Assembly (NCBI GenBank): GCA_964644375.1
Contig: CAZXWJ010000001.1
Span: forward strand, 2,124-66,123
Origin: an uncultured Desulfobacteraceae bacterium
GTDB lineage: Bacteria; Desulfobacterota; DSM-4660; Desulfatiglandales; HGW-15
Direction: 5' to 3'
Length of the DNA: 64,000 bases
In this document: piece by piece, positions 48,702 to 60,969 of the stretch
Position numbering within the stretch: the first letter of the stretch is position 1
How the letters are laid out: every line of letters begins with the position of its first letter
Program-made: the position numbers and the translations under genes
The notes under the pieces: model-generated
What the model was told of the DNA's origin: nothing
The model's input: the letters and a program-made list of their open reading frames with translations, nothing else
Databases searched by the model: none

Positions 48702-50683
48702 GTTTGAAATTTCTGCGAGTCATGAGGGCTGTCCCCATCTTAGCGGTGGGGATGGCCTTTTTTATATCGGCCTGCCAGTCTCCCAAGGTCGTTGAGAAAA
48801 TGCCGGGCCCTGCCGAAGAAACGCCCCAGGGCTTATTTCTCCGGGCCGAAACGGCCTTTCAGGCCGGACTGTACGAGGAAGCCCTTCAGGGCTACCAAAG
48901 CTATATTCAACGGAATCCTGAAGGGAAAGATGCAGGGACGGTCCTCTATCGGATAGCCTGGCTTCGTTTCGGGGATGCACGGTATGATGAAGCTTCGGAT
49001 CTTTTCCAAAGGATGGTCAGAGATTATCCTAACCATCCGCACCGGGCGTTAGCCCAATATTATATCGCCATGATCCATTACCGCCTTGAGCGATATGGCC
49101 CATCAAAGGCGACGGCCTTGGAATGGCTGACGAACTATTCAGATCACCCGTTAAGAGGGGAAATTTTCGGGCTTCTCGCAAAAAATGCCCGGGCATTGGG
49201 GGATGACCCTAGGGCTTTTTATTGGTGGATCAAAGCGGATGAGGAACTGAAGGACAAGGGTGCTGAAAAGGAGGAGATCGTCGAAAGGATCATCGGTCTT
49301 ATCCAGACAGCCTCACCAAACGCCCTTCGGGAGATGGCGTCCTATGTGGCTGAAAGCCGCTATGCGCCATTTATCTATTACAAATTGGCCACCGGTTATC
49401 TCGACGATCATGATTTAAAAAGCGCTGGGGAAATGGCCATGGCCCTGGTTCGTTCCACACCCGAACAACACTGGGTATCGCTGGGGCGCCAAATCTTGGA
49501 GAGCATAGAGCAGGCACTCTCCGTGAGACCTGAAGTTATAGGCTGTCTTCTACCCCTGAGCGGCCCCTTTTCCATTTACGGTCAGGAGGTCTTAAACGGT
49601 ATACAGCTGGGCATGGGGCTCTTCGGAGAATCAGACGACCAGGGCATCGAATTGATCATCAAGGATACCGGTGGGCGGGCCGAAAATGCTGTTTTGCAGG
49701 TCGATGATCTTGTCCAAAAGGGCCGAGTCATGGCCATTATCGGCCCCCTGACCAGCAAGACATCCCGGGCCGCCGCTCAAAGGGCACAGCAGTTGGGTGT
49801 GCCCATTATTACACTCACCCAGGTGGACGGCATCACGTCCATAGGCGACATGGTCTTTCGCAACTTCCTGACACCGTCGAAAGAGGTAAAAAGGTTGGTG
49901 GAAAAGGCCGTCAACGGTATGGGCATGACCAGATTCGGCATTTTGTATCCGGACACCCCTTATGGCCGCTTTATGATGGGCCTATTCTGGGACAGATCGG
50001 AAGTCATGGGCGGCACTGTAACGGCGGTGGAATCCTACAGCACGGAAGAAACCGACTTTGCCTCTCAGATCAAAAGGATGGTCGGGCTTTACTATCCAAG
50101 ACCGGAATCCGTGAAGCAGAAGCTCCGGGAAATGAAGGCCTCAAAAGGTGAGGAAGAAGTGCAGGAAACCGAAACGATAGAAAAGGACGAGGAAGAAGAA
50201 CCGGAACCCATCGTGGATTTTGACGCCGTATTCATTCCCGACAACTATCAACAGGTGGCCCTCATTGCCCCCCAATTCCCATTCCAAGGTGTGTTCAATG
50301 TCCGCTTTCTGGGAACGAGCCTCTGGCAATCTCCGGAACTCCTCACTCAGGCGGGAGAATACGTTCAGGGAGCCGTCTTCTCCTCCGGTTTCTACCCTCA
50401 GGAAGAATCCGACCAGAGCAGGGAATTTAGGGCTTTTTACAGGGACGCCTATGATACGGAACCCGGAATTCTCGCCGCTACGGGCTATGACACCATCCAC
50501 TTCTTGAAAAATGTGATAAAGCAAAAAGGGATTCAGACAAGAAGAGACTTCCGCAAAGGGCTCCTTTCCCATGAAGGGTATTATGGTATTACGGGTGAAA
50601 TCGCCTTCGATGACCATGGAGAAGTCATTAAGGATCCGACACTCCTGACCGTTTCCGGTCGCCATCTCAATATCTTACCCTAG
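48698..50683 (+). CDS. Lipoprotein with N-terminal TPR-like and C-terminal type-I periplasmic-binding (LivK-like) domains; LpoA-like PBP activator candidate
   Basis: Signal peptide with lipobox FISAC. TPR-like repeats are followed by [18 protein letters not shown]...IIGPLTS, the PBP type-I pattern. GTG 48698 overlaps the dnaK stop (GTGA); alternative ATG at 48722. Confidence 0.7.
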   Translation: MSLKFLRVMRAVPILAVGMAFFISACQSPKVVEKMPGPAEETPQGLFLRAETAFQAGLYEEALQGYQSYIQRNPEGKDAGTVLYRIAWLRFGDARYDEASDLFQRMVRDYPNHPHRALAQYYIAMIHYRLERYGPSKATALEWLTNYSDHPLRGEIFGLLAKNARALGDDPRAFYWWIKADEELKDKGAEKEEIVERIIGLIQTASPNALREMASYVAESRYAPFIYYKLATGYLDDHDLKSAGEMAMALVRSTPEQHWVSLGRQILESIEQALSVRPEVIGCLLPLSGPFSIYGQEVLNGIQLGMGLFGESDDQGIELIIKDTGGRAENAVLQVDDLVQKGRVMAIIGPLTSKTSRAAAQRAQQLGVPIITLTQVDGITSIGDMVFRNFLTPSKEVKRLVEKAVNGMGMTRFGILYPDTPYGRFMMGLFWDRSEVMGGTVTAVESYSTEETDFASQIKRMVGLYYPRPESVKQKLREMKASKGEEEVQETETIEKDEEEEPEPIVDFDAVFIPDNYQQVALIAPQFPFQGVFNVRFLGTSLWQSPELLTQAGEYVQGAVFSSGFYPQEESDQSREFRAFYRDAYDTEPGILAATGYDTIHFLKNVIKQKGIQTRRDFRKGLLSHEGYYGITGEIAFDDHGEVIKDPTLLTVSGRHLNILP

Positions 50684-50775
50684 CTTCTATCGGAAAGAGG
50701 CCCGTGTTGATCTGCAGGCGCAGAATATACACTGGCATACCCCCCTTTCCGCTTTCACAAAACCGGGGGATGCAC

Positions 50776-51531
50776 TCAGGACGATTTCCCTTCGCCCACC
50801 TCTTCCGGTGCCTTTTTCTTTCCGGCGAATCCGGCGATAAAAATACTTATTTCATACAATATGATCAGGGGGCCCGCCATCATGCCCTGGGTGACGACAT
50901 CCGGTGGCGTCAGGATGGCGGCCATTACAAAGGTCAACAGAATCGCATACTTTCGCTTTTTTCTCAGGAAATCCCGGGTCACAAGCCCCATTTTGGCCAG
51001 AAAAAAGATCACCACGGGCATTTCGAAAATCGCGCCGAAGGCAAAGAGAAGTTTGACGGCAAAAGAGAAGTATTGTTTTACGGAGGGAAGGGCCTGTATG
51101 TATTCATTGGCGAACCCCATAAAAAATTTAAACCCAAAGGGAAAGACCACGAAGTACCCGAACAGGCTGCCTCCCACAAAAAGGATCGTGGAAAAAAAGA
51201 CGAAGGGAACGATGTATTTCTTTTCTCTTTGGTAGAGTCCGGGAGCGATGAACATCCATATTTGATAAAAGATGAAGGGGGCCGAGAGAAGAATGCCTGC
51301 CACAAATGCCGTTTTCAAATAGATGAAAAACATCTCGGGCAGATTCGTGAAGATCAGCCGGTCTCCCTCCGGCATGTTTTTTTTCAGGGGTAAAATCAGG
51401 ATCCGAAACATATCTTCCGAAAAAAAATAACAAATGGCAAAGCCAATCCCGACGGCAATGGCGACGGCAATCAGCCGTTTTCTCAATTCTTCCAGGTGCC
51501 CCAGAAAAGGCTGCTTGTCCTCACTTTCCAT
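50776..51531 (-). CDS. tatC: Twin-arginine translocase subunit TatC
   Basis: [13 protein letters not shown]... and a 6-TM TatC pattern. ATG 51531 gives an 11-nt overlap with the upstream tatA/B-like gene; the ORF-track start 51588 is TTG. Confidence 0.9.
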   Translation of the reverse strand: MESEDKQPFLGHLEELRKRLIAVAIAVGIGFAICYFFSEDMFRILILPLKKNMPEGDRLIFTNLPEMFFIYLKTAFVAGILLSAPFIFYQIWMFIAPGLYQREKKYIVPFVFFSTILFVGGSLFGYFVVFPFGFKFFMGFANEYIQALPSVKQYFSFAVKLLFAFGAIFEMPVVIFFLAKMGLVTRDFLRKKRKYAILLTFVMAAILTPPDVVTQGMMAGPLIILYEISIFIAGFAGKKKAPEEVGEGKSS

Positions 51532-51889
51532 TCGTTTTTGTCTCCCCGGATCCGGTTTCCTTGTCGATGGGTTCCGTCCCTTCGGCAACTTCCCCGGTTT
51601 CCTGATTTACAGGGGAATTGTCCGTGCCCGGTTCCTTCTCTTCCTCCGGTTGCGGATATTCGGTATCCAAAGGCCTGTCAATGCCGCTTATGGAATCGGC
51701 CAAGTCCCGTTTAACGTCTTCGATATCCCCATCCAGGTCAAGGCTTTCCTTGATGTCTTGGGTCGCTTTTCGAAATTCCGCCATACCCTTGCCCAGTGCC
51801 CTCGCGAGGTCGGGTAGCTTGCTCGGACCAATCACGATGAGGGCTATGACCATGATAATTATCAATTCTGGCAATCCAATGCCGAACAT
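51521..51889 (-). CDS. TatA/TatB/TatE family translocase component
   Basis: [42 protein letters not shown] followed by an acidic tail. GGAGG SD. Confidence 0.85.
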   Translation of the reverse strand: MFGIGLPELIIIMVIALIVIGPSKLPDLARALGKGMAEFRKATQDIKESLDLDGDIEDVKRDLADSISGIDRPLDTEYPQPEEEKEPGTDNSPVNQETGEVAEGTEPIDKETGSGETKTNGK

Positions 51890-51919
51890 CGTCACCTCCC
51901 GAAAAAACGCTCTATAATT

Positions 51920-52381
51920 CTATAAATCGATGATCATCGCAACTTCATCACAATCAGGGAATTTCGGACATCTCAAACAATCACTCCACACCTTATAGTG
52001 AAGGCTCGATTTATCCACCACCTTAAATCCCATTTTGGAAAAAAAACCGGGGACATATGTGAGTGCAAAAATCCTTGTAAGACCCAGTGACCTGGCCTCC
52101 TCCAGGCAGGCCTCCACAAGCTTTACCGCGTGGCCTTTCCCTTGATGTTCCTCTGCCATAGCGAGAGATCTGATCTCACCAAGTTCATCCCAACATATGT
52201 CCAGGGCACATGCCCCCAGGATGGTATCGCATGCCTCATTGTCGTAGACCACGAAGAAATCTCTCAGGTGATCATAGAGTTCACTGAGCGGTCTTGCCAG
52301 CAACAAGCCCTGATTCCCGTAATGGCCCAAGAGTTTGTGGATGGTTTTGACATCTGTGATCATTGCCTTTTTTATCAACAT
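51920..52381 (-). CDS. GNAT family N-acetyltransferase (short ArgA-like)
   Basis: 153 aa with acetyl-CoA-binding block EHQGKGHAVKLVEACLEEAR and a C-terminal Cys-rich tail CLRCPKFPDC. Confidence 0.8.
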   Translation of the reverse strand: MLIKKAMITDVKTIHKLLGHYGNQGLLLARPLSELYDHLRDFFVVYDNEACDTILGACALDICWDELGEIRSLAMAEEHQGKGHAVKLVEACLEEARSLGLTRIFALTYVPGFFSKMGFKVVDKSSLHYKVWSDCLRCPKFPDCDEVAMIIDL

Positions 52382-52382
52382 C

Positions 52383-53084
52383 TCATTTAACCTTTAAAAC
52401 ATAACCCTTCAACCCTGCTTCCTTTCGAAGCCTCGCAGAATGCAAAGCGGCCTCTTCCCTGTTTTTGAATTTGCCGCAGTTGACGCGATAATAGGTTTTG
52501 CCCTTGACCTTGGCCGTATAAAAGTAAGCGTTGTATCCCCTGTCGACCAATTGCTTGATCATTTTTTCCGCCCCGGCCCTGTCCTTGAGCGAAGCAAGCT
52601 GAACGGTATATTGATTGTCGTTCCCCGCCGCCTGAGAGGGATTGCGCACCTTTTTTGGTAGATTCTCTCGATCGCTCTTTATCCCCTTTTCTACAGGCGA
52701 CGCGATAACCGGTTTAGCCATTTTTTTTTGAGCAGGCACAGTCTCCTTCTTGGGATGCCATTGTTTTTCTTCCTCGTCTCTCTTGCTGGAGAGTTTTTCA
52801 TAAAAGCCCAACTTTGGATCCGAATCGGAACTCTTGACAGTGGCCGACTCGCCCCCGGTATCATCAATGACCATTTCCTGCAATTTCCCGATTTGCCCCT
52901 TAAGATCCGATAGTGCGGTCACGGCTCCGGGCAAAAAGCCTCTTCCCACAAAAATTCCCAAAGCAAAAATCCAGGCCAGAAGAAAAAAAAGGCCGAATGC
53001 CCAGAGAACCATTGAAAGTGGCGCGATTTCGAATTTGTAAGTTTTTCGGGTTCTCCTCTTGGATTTAGATCCCTTTGTGGCCAT
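52383..53084 (-). CDS. SPOR domain-containing membrane protein
   Basis: One TM helix, a low-complexity linker and a C-terminal SPOR pattern (YTVQLASLKDRAGAEKMIKQLVDRGYNAYFY...YRVNCGKFKNREEA). Confidence 0.8.
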   Translation of the reverse strand: MATKGSKSKRRTRKTYKFEIAPLSMVLWAFGLFFLLAWIFALGIFVGRGFLPGAVTALSDLKGQIGKLQEMVIDDTGGESATVKSSDSDPKLGFYEKLSSKRDEEEKQWHPKKETVPAQKKMAKPVIASPVEKGIKSDRENLPKKVRNPSQAAGNDNQYTVQLASLKDRAGAEKMIKQLVDRGYNAYFYTAKVKGKTYYRVNCGKFKNREEAALHSARLRKEAGLKGYVLKVK

Positions 53085-53101
53085 GTCTCACTATGCCCTG
53101 T

Positions 53102-54781
53102 TCACATCCTCTCCGGAGCACTAACGCCCAGAAGATCGAGTCCTCTATTTAAAACTGTCCGTATCCCTTCCGCCAGAAAAAGTCTTGCCTGACTCAGAAT
53201 CGGATCAGGATTGATGATTCGATTTTCAGGGACTCGGGAACCCAGGTTAAAATACCTGTGGAAGGAAGAGGCCAATTCCGTCAGATAATAAGTAAGCCGA
53301 TGAGGTTCATAATTGAGAGAAATTTCTTCGAGCAGAGGAGGAAATTCGGCCATGAGCCTGATAATAGCCAATTCCTCATCCAATATCAGCCTGTCAAGAA
53401 TCCCATCGGGTCTTTCGGGCAATGTGATGCCTTCTTCTTCTGCTTTCCTGAAGATACTCGAAATTCTTGCATGCGCGTATTGGACATAAAAGACCGGATT
53501 GTCGCTGTCCGCTTTTTTGACCAGATCCACGTCAAAATCGACTGGAGAATCGTGATTTTTGGTGAGGAAAACATAGCGGGCCGCGTCCACCCCAACTTCG
53601 TCCATCACCTCCCTGAGCGAGATATAGCGCCCGGACCTCTTGGACATCTTGACCTCTCGGCCCTCCTTCCAGAGCTTCACCAGCTGGATAAGCAGCACGG
53701 AGAGCCAGTTTTTGTCAATGCCATGGGTCTGGAGAGCGGCTTTCATCCTCTGGACATAACCGTGATGATCCGCGCCCCATAAATTCACAGCCTTGGTAAA
53801 ACCCCGTCTCCATTTGTCTATGTGGTAGGAGATATCCGTGGCAAAATAGGTGTACTGACCGTCCTGCTTTCTGATGACGCGATCCTTGTCATCCTCGAAC
53901 ACGGAGGTCCTGATCCACTGCGCACCGTCTTTTTCGTAGAGTTGTCCCTTTTGCTCGGCCAGTTCAAGAGATTCATCCAGAAGGCCTGAGGCGTACAGAT
54001 CACTCTCACTATACCACACATCAAAGGTGACCCTGAAATCGGAGAGGTCCCTTTTCAGTTCCGCGAGCATTTTTTTCTTTCCCTTTTCGGTACAAAGGGT
54101 TATGGCCTCCTCCTTTTCCATGGAAGCAAGATCGATTTCCTGCGAGACCTCGTGAGCCAAATCCATGATATAGCCCCCAAAGTATCCATTATCGGGAAAG
54201 GGGTACTCAGGATCGCTCATCTGCTTCCATCGGCTGTAAATGGATTCTCCCAGGAGCCGTATCTGTAGCCCCGCATCGTTGATGTAGAACTCACGCCCCA
54301 CATCGTAACCGGTAAAAGAAAGAATTCTGCAAAGGGTGTCTCCAAGGGCCGCTCCGCGTCCGTGCCCTAGGTGAAGGGGTCCGGTCGGATTGGCGCTTAC
54401 GAATTCTACCATGATCTTCTGTTTTTGTCCCAGATCACTTCGCCCGTATTGATCACCCTGCTCAATGATTCGGGCCAAAAGCCTTTGCCATTCCTGCCTC
54501 TTTATCGTGAAATTAATAAAACCGGGACCGGCTATCTCAGTCTTTTCCAGAAAATCTCCGTCATCCTCCACCTTGTCGACGATAGCCGCGGCAATATCCA
54601 GCGGCCGTCGCCTCTGGGAGGACGCGAGAGTTAAGGGCAAGTTCGTAGCAAAATGGCCGTGGTCCGGATTGTTAGGGACCTCTATGACATAATTCGGCAA
54701 TTCGGTTTGGTTTAAAGTTCCATCGGCAAAACAGCGTTTTAGGGTGGTGATTAGGAGATTATCCAATATTTTTTTCATCAT
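53102..54781 (-). CDS. argS: Arginine--tRNA ligase
   Basis: SANPTGPLHLGHGR (HIGH) and an MSKRSG (KMSK-type) motif; 559 aa. Confidence 0.95.
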   Translation of the reverse strand: MMKKILDNLLITTLKRCFADGTLNQTELPNYVIEVPNNPDHGHFATNLPLTLASSQRRRPLDIAAAIVDKVEDDGDFLEKTEIAGPGFINFTIKRQEWQRLLARIIEQGDQYGRSDLGQKQKIMVEFVSANPTGPLHLGHGRGAALGDTLCRILSFTGYDVGREFYINDAGLQIRLLGESIYSRWKQMSDPEYPFPDNGYFGGYIMDLAHEVSQEIDLASMEKEEAITLCTEKGKKKMLAELKRDLSDFRVTFDVWYSESDLYASGLLDESLELAEQKGQLYEKDGAQWIRTSVFEDDKDRVIRKQDGQYTYFATDISYHIDKWRRGFTKAVNLWGADHHGYVQRMKAALQTHGIDKNWLSVLLIQLVKLWKEGREVKMSKRSGRYISLREVMDEVGVDAARYVFLTKNHDSPVDFDVDLVKKADSDNPVFYVQYAHARISSIFRKAEEEGITLPERPDGILDRLILDEELAIIRLMAEFPPLLEEISLNYEPHRLTYYLTELASSFHRYFNLGSRVPENRIINPDPILSQARLFLAEGIRTVLNRGLDLLGVSAPERM

Positions 54782-55039
54782 ACGTATTCCTTAAAAAGAC
54801 TATGATCTTACGAGTGGTCACCATTTATGACCGGATGAATTGTTTTTTTGTTTCATCGGTCTAGAAGGGCGGGAAACCAGACCCGCAACAAAAACGAACC
54901 GAGTACCCTCTTTTTCATCTGTACACGATCTATGGAATCTACATTGATCGTCATAAATTGAGAAACATATCTAATATAAAAGCCCATAGCAACCTTTATG
55001 TTACGCCATGACATGAAGAGACCGATATGCTGAGCGAGG

Positions 55040-55068
55040 TTGACACTGATACAGGTTGTCACTATGAT
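55040..55068 (+). promoter_or_regulatory. Candidate sigma-70 promoter
   Basis: TTGACA (55040-55045), a 17-nt spacer, then TATGAT (55063-55068). Lies 68 nt upstream of the DUF2065 ATG. Confidence 0.4.
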
Positions 55069-55135
55069 AGTTCGATTCTGCGGAACCATGGGGGGATCAA
55101 AGATGATTTCCATATGGTCAAAGGGGATAGTCGTC

Positions 55136-55321
55136 ATGAGATTGCTTTTATGTCTGGTTGGATTGGTTCTCATCTTGGAAGGCATCCCCTATTTCGCCTT
55201 TCCCGACAAAATGAAGAAGTGGATGCGGACCATCCAGGACTTGTCTGATTCGAAGCTGCGCATCATGGGATTCATGGCCATGTGTGTCGGCCTGATCATC
55301 GCTTATTTATTCAAAGAATAA
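55136..55321 (+). CDS. DUF2065 (YjeT-like) small membrane protein
   Basis: MRLLLCLVGLVLILEGIPYFAFPDKMKKWM...MGFMAMCVGLIIAYL: two TM helices and the EG.PYF motif. ATG 55136 follows AGGGGA. Confidence 0.7.
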   Translation: MRLLLCLVGLVLILEGIPYFAFPDKMKKWMRTIQDLSDSKLRIMGFMAMCVGLIIAYLFKE

Positions 55322-55381
55322 AATCGTTTGACTTTAAACCTTATTTTATTTAAGTTACGCTTCTTAAATTAGTATTATTAA

Positions 55382-56431
55382 ATGTTTAATATTGAGGATT
55401 ATAATTACGAATTACCGGAGGACCTGATCGCCCAAGTCCCTGCCAGGACGCGTGACAGTTCACGCCTCCTTTATATAAGACGTGACGAGGGTTCGGTTTC
55501 CGATCATCATTTTTTTGATCTCCCCCGGCTGTTGGAGCCAGGGGATCTCTTGGTCATCAACAATACCAGGGTTGTTCCGGCAAGACTTTTCGGGCACAAG
55601 GCCAGTGGCGGACAGATTGAGGTCCTGGTCCTTGAGCATGGGGGTGACCCTGTATCCGACACCCGGTGGTGTTTGTTGAAATCCTCCAAGCGACCCCGAA
55701 AAGGAAGCCGTTTGTTATTTGATAGCGGAATTTCCGGACTTGTGGAAGACCTCGGCAAGGACGGGCTGGTTCGAATAGCCTTCCAGGGTCCCATATCCAT
55801 TGATTCCATCCTTGACGCCAAAGGTGTCATGCCTTTGCCGCCTTACATCAAAAGGGCCAGGGACAATGGTCTTCAGCCTTTGGACAGGGATCGCTATCAA
55901 ACGGTGTTTTCGAAAGAAAAGGGGGCCGTCGCCGCCCCTACCGCAGGTCTGCATTTTACTGAAACGCTCATTGAGGACTTGATCACGTCAGGGATTGCCG
56001 TGGCGGAATTGACTCTCCATGTGGGGCATGGAACCTTCAGGCCGGTCAGGACAAAAGATATCAGGAATCATCAACTGGGGGAAGAGCGTTTTATGGTCAG
56101 CGGAGAAACGGCCGATGCCATCAACCGCTGTAAAAAGGAAGGCAGACGCGTCATAGCAGTTGGTACGACTGTGGTCAGGACACTGGAAACACTGGCTGGC
56201 CCAGGGAAAGAAATCTCACCAGGGAACGGGAAGACGGAACTCCTCATCACTCCGGGGCACGCCTTCAAAATCATTGACGGCATGATCACCAACTTTCATC
56301 TGCCGCAATCTTCCCTTCTCTTTCTGGTTTCCGCCTTCGCAGGCCTTGATCTGATCAAAAAGGCCTATCTGGGGGCGGTGGAGAAAAAATACAGGTTTTA
56401 CAGTTACGGGGATGCCATGCTGATCCTGTAA
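55382..56431 (+). CDS. queA: S-adenosylmethionine:tRNA ribosyltransferase-isomerase QueA
   Basis: YNYELPEDLIAQVP...SRLL, PLPPYI, VAAPTAGLHFT and GTTVVRTLE. Confidence 0.93.
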   Translation: MFNIEDYNYELPEDLIAQVPARTRDSSRLLYIRRDEGSVSDHHFFDLPRLLEPGDLLVINNTRVVPARLFGHKASGGQIEVLVLEHGGDPVSDTRWCLLKSSKRPRKGSRLLFDSGISGLVEDLGKDGLVRIAFQGPISIDSILDAKGVMPLPPYIKRARDNGLQPLDRDRYQTVFSKEKGAVAAPTAGLHFTETLIEDLITSGIAVAELTLHVGHGTFRPVRTKDIRNHQLGEERFMVSGETADAINRCKKEGRRVIAVGTTVVRTLETLAGPGKEISPGNGKTELLITPGHAFKIIDGMITNFHLPQSSLLFLVSAFAGLDLIKKAYLGAVEKKYRFYSYGDAMLIL

Positions 56432-56471
56432 AGTCGATTAACGCGCGCCCGCAAAGACCGAATGATGATGA

Positions 56472-57644
<1,173 letters not shown>

Positions 57645-57783
57645 GACGAATCGTTGAATGATTGAATGTTCGGATGGTAGATAAGGAGAGAGACGATCTT
57701 CAGGGGAAGCGTCCGTCATAGGCATCCACCGTTCAACGACTCAACTATCCAAGTACTCAACAAAACCAAATGGAGGTTTCAGA

Positions 57784-58119
57784 ATGAATTTTCTAGCTTA
57801 TGCCATGGGAACGGGCGGCACAGGCGGCACAGGCGGACAGGGGGGAGGCCTGGGGGCTTTTGTTCCTCTCATCATCATGTTTGCCATCTTTTATTTTCTT
57901 CTTATACGCCCTCAACAAAAAAAAGCGAAACAGCAGAGAGCCATGCTCGCAGCCGTTAAAAAGGGAGATAAGGTGATCAGCTCCGGCGGGCTTCACGGCC
58001 TGGTTACGGGTATCACCGATGATGTGGTGACCATTGAGATTGCCCCGAAGGTGAGGGTTAAAATATCGAGGGGATCCATTGGCGGTGTGATCAAGAAGGC
58101 GGACGCCAATCCCCAATAA
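57784..58119 (+). CDS. yajC: Preprotein translocase subunit YajC
   Basis: FYFLLIRPQQKKAKQQRAMLAAVKKGDKVISSGGLHGLV. Confidence 0.88.
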   Translation: MNFLAYAMGTGGTGGTGGQGGGLGAFVPLIIMFAIFYFLLIRPQQKKAKQQRAMLAAVKKGDKVISSGGLHGLVTGITDDVVTIEIAPKVRVKISRGSIGGVIKKADANPQ

Positions 58120-58177
58120 GAAAACACAAGGTCTTGGGCCCGCAGGTTGCGGGAAAACCGGGAAAAAGGAGTAAATA

Positions 58178-59779
58178 GTGGCTAGGAATTTGAACTGGCG
58201 CGGCGCCATTGCGGCTTTTTTCATTCTGGCGGCTTTTCTGTATCTGGTGCCCTCCCTTAGTGGAGATTTGCCTCCATGGTGGTCGGGGTTCTTGCCCCAG
58301 GATAAGATCCATCTTGGTCTGGACCTTCAAGGAGGCATGCATCTCGTCTTGGAAGTGGAAGCCAAAAAGGCGGTGGAAAGCAGCCTCGAGAGGGTCGTGG
58401 AGGACTTGAAACATGACTTCCGAACCAAGAAAATTCGGTATCAGAATCTGAAACGAAGCAGTGGTGACGGAATTGACGTCACCCTCATGAGAAAGGACGA
58501 TGAAACCCCCTTCAGGGAGATGGTCAGCAGGAGCTATCCTGATTTCGGGATCAAGGATACGGCCGATGAGGGAAAGGGGCCGGCCTTCGAGCTGATCCTG
58601 GAACCCAAGGCGAAAACCCACATCATGAAAATGGCTACGGACCAGGCACTCGAAACCATCCGGAACCGCGTTGATGCCTTTGGAGTAAGTGAACCGGATA
58701 TCAGACCCCAGGAAAACTTCAGAATTTTGATTCAGCTTCCGGGCATTCAAGATCCCAAAAGGGCCATTGAACTGATTGGTAAAACCGCGCTCCTTGAGTT
58801 CAAACTGGTGGACGAGGACAACAGCCTGGAAGAAGCCCTGAAGGGAAATATGCCGCCCGGAAGCGAGATCTTGAAACAGATGCTGGTCGACTCTACGACC
58901 CAAGCCAAGAAGGAAATCCCCTTTCTGTTGAAACACCGGACGCTTCTTACCGGAGAATACCTGACCGATGCCAAGGTTCAAATCGACACCCAATACAGTG
59001 AGCCCTATGTCTCGTTGTCCTTTGATGCCCGCGGCGCCAGACTCTTTGAACGCATTACAGGAGACAATATCGGAAAAAGACTGGCCATCGTGCTGGATAA
59101 CCATGTGTATTCCGCACCTGTGATCCGTGACAAAATTGCTGGAGGCAAGGCACAAATCAGTGGCTCTTTTACCATGGATGAGGCGCGGGATCTTGCCATC
59201 GTCCTGCGGGCCGGTGCGCTTCCTGCTCCTGTGAAGATACTGGAGGAGAGGACCGTGGGTCCGTCCCTGGGAAAAGACTCCATAGACAAAGGATTCTATT
59301 CCATGATCATAGGCGGCGCCATCGTCGTCCTGTTCATGGTTCTATACTATGGCCTGTCGGGACTGGTGGCGGACATGGCGCTTTTTCTCAACATCCTCTT
59401 TATTATGTCCGGACTTGCCTTTTTTGGAGCGACTCTGACATTGCCCGGTATTGCCGGTATCATCCTCACCATAGGCATGGCGGTCGATGCCAACGTCCTC
59501 GTCTTTGAAAGAATTCGTGAAGAGCTGAGGCTGGGGAAATCGCCACGGGCGGCTATCGAAGGGGGTTTCAGCAAGGCGCTGGTGACCATTCTTGATGCCA
59601 ACGTGACGACTTTTATCGTTGCTCTGGTTTTGTTTCAATTCGGGACAGGGGCGGTCCGGGGCTTCGCCGTCACACTCAGCATCGGCATTGTGGCCAGTTT
59701 CGTGACCGCCGTGTTTATGACCCGCATCGTATTCGACTATTTCTTTATCATTCGAAAGTGGAAAAAATTGAGGATATGA
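58178..59779 (+). CDS. secD: Protein translocase subunit SecD
   Basis: LGLDLQGGMHLVLEV, a periplasmic domain, and a C-terminal 6-TM block with GIAGIILTIGMAVDANVLVFERIREE. Confidence 0.93.
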   Translation: MARNLNWRGAIAAFFILAAFLYLVPSLSGDLPPWWSGFLPQDKIHLGLDLQGGMHLVLEVEAKKAVESSLERVVEDLKHDFRTKKIRYQNLKRSSGDGIDVTLMRKDDETPFREMVSRSYPDFGIKDTADEGKGPAFELILEPKAKTHIMKMATDQALETIRNRVDAFGVSEPDIRPQENFRILIQLPGIQDPKRAIELIGKTALLEFKLVDEDNSLEEALKGNMPPGSEILKQMLVDSTTQAKKEIPFLLKHRTLLTGEYLTDAKVQIDTQYSEPYVSLSFDARGARLFERITGDNIGKRLAIVLDNHVYSAPVIRDKIAGGKAQISGSFTMDEARDLAIVLRAGALPAPVKILEERTVGPSLGKDSIDKGFYSMIIGGAIVVLFMVLYYGLSGLVADMALFLNILFIMSGLAFFGATLTLPGIAGIILTIGMAVDANVLVFERIREELRLGKSPRAAIEGGFSKALVTILDANVTTFIVALVLFQFGTGAVRGFAVTLSIGIVASFVTAVFMTRIVFDYFFIIRKWKKLRI

Positions 59780-59891
59780 CCATCTCAGCAGGCATGGTAA
59801 GGCATTATTTTTGTTTATTGTCTGTTCGGAAATCATTTAAAGACGTCAACTCAGTTTCTGGAATGGAAATCATTTAAAGGCAGGTAATTAT

Positions 59892-60956
59892 ATGGAATTT
59901 ATAAAACCGGGGATCAACCTTGACATTATCGGGAAAAGGAAGATCGCCCTGACCTTTTCATTGCTTTTCATCTTCGCCACCGTTTTCCTGCTCATTTGGA
60001 GAAACGGACCTAATTATGGCGTGGACTTTTCCGGTGGGATTCTCATTCAGGTCAAACTGGAAAAAAAGCAGGCCCCTTCGGATATCAGGACGGCACTTGA
60101 AGCCATCCAGCTCCAGGACAGCATCATTCAGGAATTCGGAGAGGAAGGCCAGTTCGAATATCTAATCAGGGTCAGGAGCGCGGATATTCAATTGGCGGGA
60201 TTGGACGAAAGCGTTAAAGAGGCGCTTATCTCTCATTTTAATGCGGGTGCGGACATCAGACGGGTTGAGATGGTCGGCCCAAAAGTCGGCAAAGATTTAC
60301 GGCAGAAGGCCCTCTTTGCGATTTTCTACTCCATTCTCTTTATCGCGATTTATATTTCAGGAAGATTTGAACACCGTTGGCTCATGAGTATTGCCATGGC
60401 CCTGTCCCTCGCCCTCGTTGTGTATATCGCCTCAAGCATCGGTACCAGCGTTACCTGGTTGATTCTGATCGCGCTCCTTATCACCCTGGGCCTCTGCTGG
60501 CTTCTCAGGTTGAAATACGCCATGGGGGCTATTATCGCCCTGATTCACGATGTCACCATTACCGTCGGGGCCTTTGCCCTTACAGATCGGGAAATTTCCC
60601 TCTCTATCATCGCGGCGTTTTTGACGATTGTCGGATATTCTCTAAACGATACGATTGTTGTCTTCGATCGAATCAGGGAGAATTTGAGCCGCTTCCGCCG
60701 GCGCAATTTCGAAGAGATTATGAACGCCAGCATCAACGAAACGTTGAGCAGAACCCTCCTGACGTCCACAACGACACTGATCGTCGTTATTGCCCTGTTT
60801 GTCCTGGGCGGCGGCGTGATCCATGATTTCGCCTTTGCCCTTTTGATAGGCATCATTGTCGGAACCTATTCTTCTGTTTTTGTGGCGAGCCCCATATTGT
60901 TGGTTTTTCAGAGCAGGTTCTCCGAAAAGCCCAAAGTCAACAAAGGTTCCCGTTAG
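59892..60956 (+). CDS. secF: Protein translocase subunit SecF
   Basis: GVDFSGG, LIHDVTITVGAFAL and GYSLNDTIVVFDRIREN. Confidence 0.93.
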   Translation: MEFIKPGINLDIIGKRKIALTFSLLFIFATVFLLIWRNGPNYGVDFSGGILIQVKLEKKQAPSDIRTALEAIQLQDSIIQEFGEEGQFEYLIRVRSADIQLAGLDESVKEALISHFNAGADIRRVEMVGPKVGKDLRQKALFAIFYSILFIAIYISGRFEHRWLMSIAMALSLALVVYIASSIGTSVTWLILIALLITLGLCWLLRLKYAMGAIIALIHDVTITVGAFALTDREISLSIIAAFLTIVGYSLNDTIVVFDRIRENLSRFRRRNFEEIMNASINETLSRTLLTSTTTLIVVIALFVLGGGVIHDFAFALLIGIIVGTYSSVFVASPILLVFQSRFSEKPKVNKGSR

Positions 60957-60969
60957 CAGGGGACGGTGA

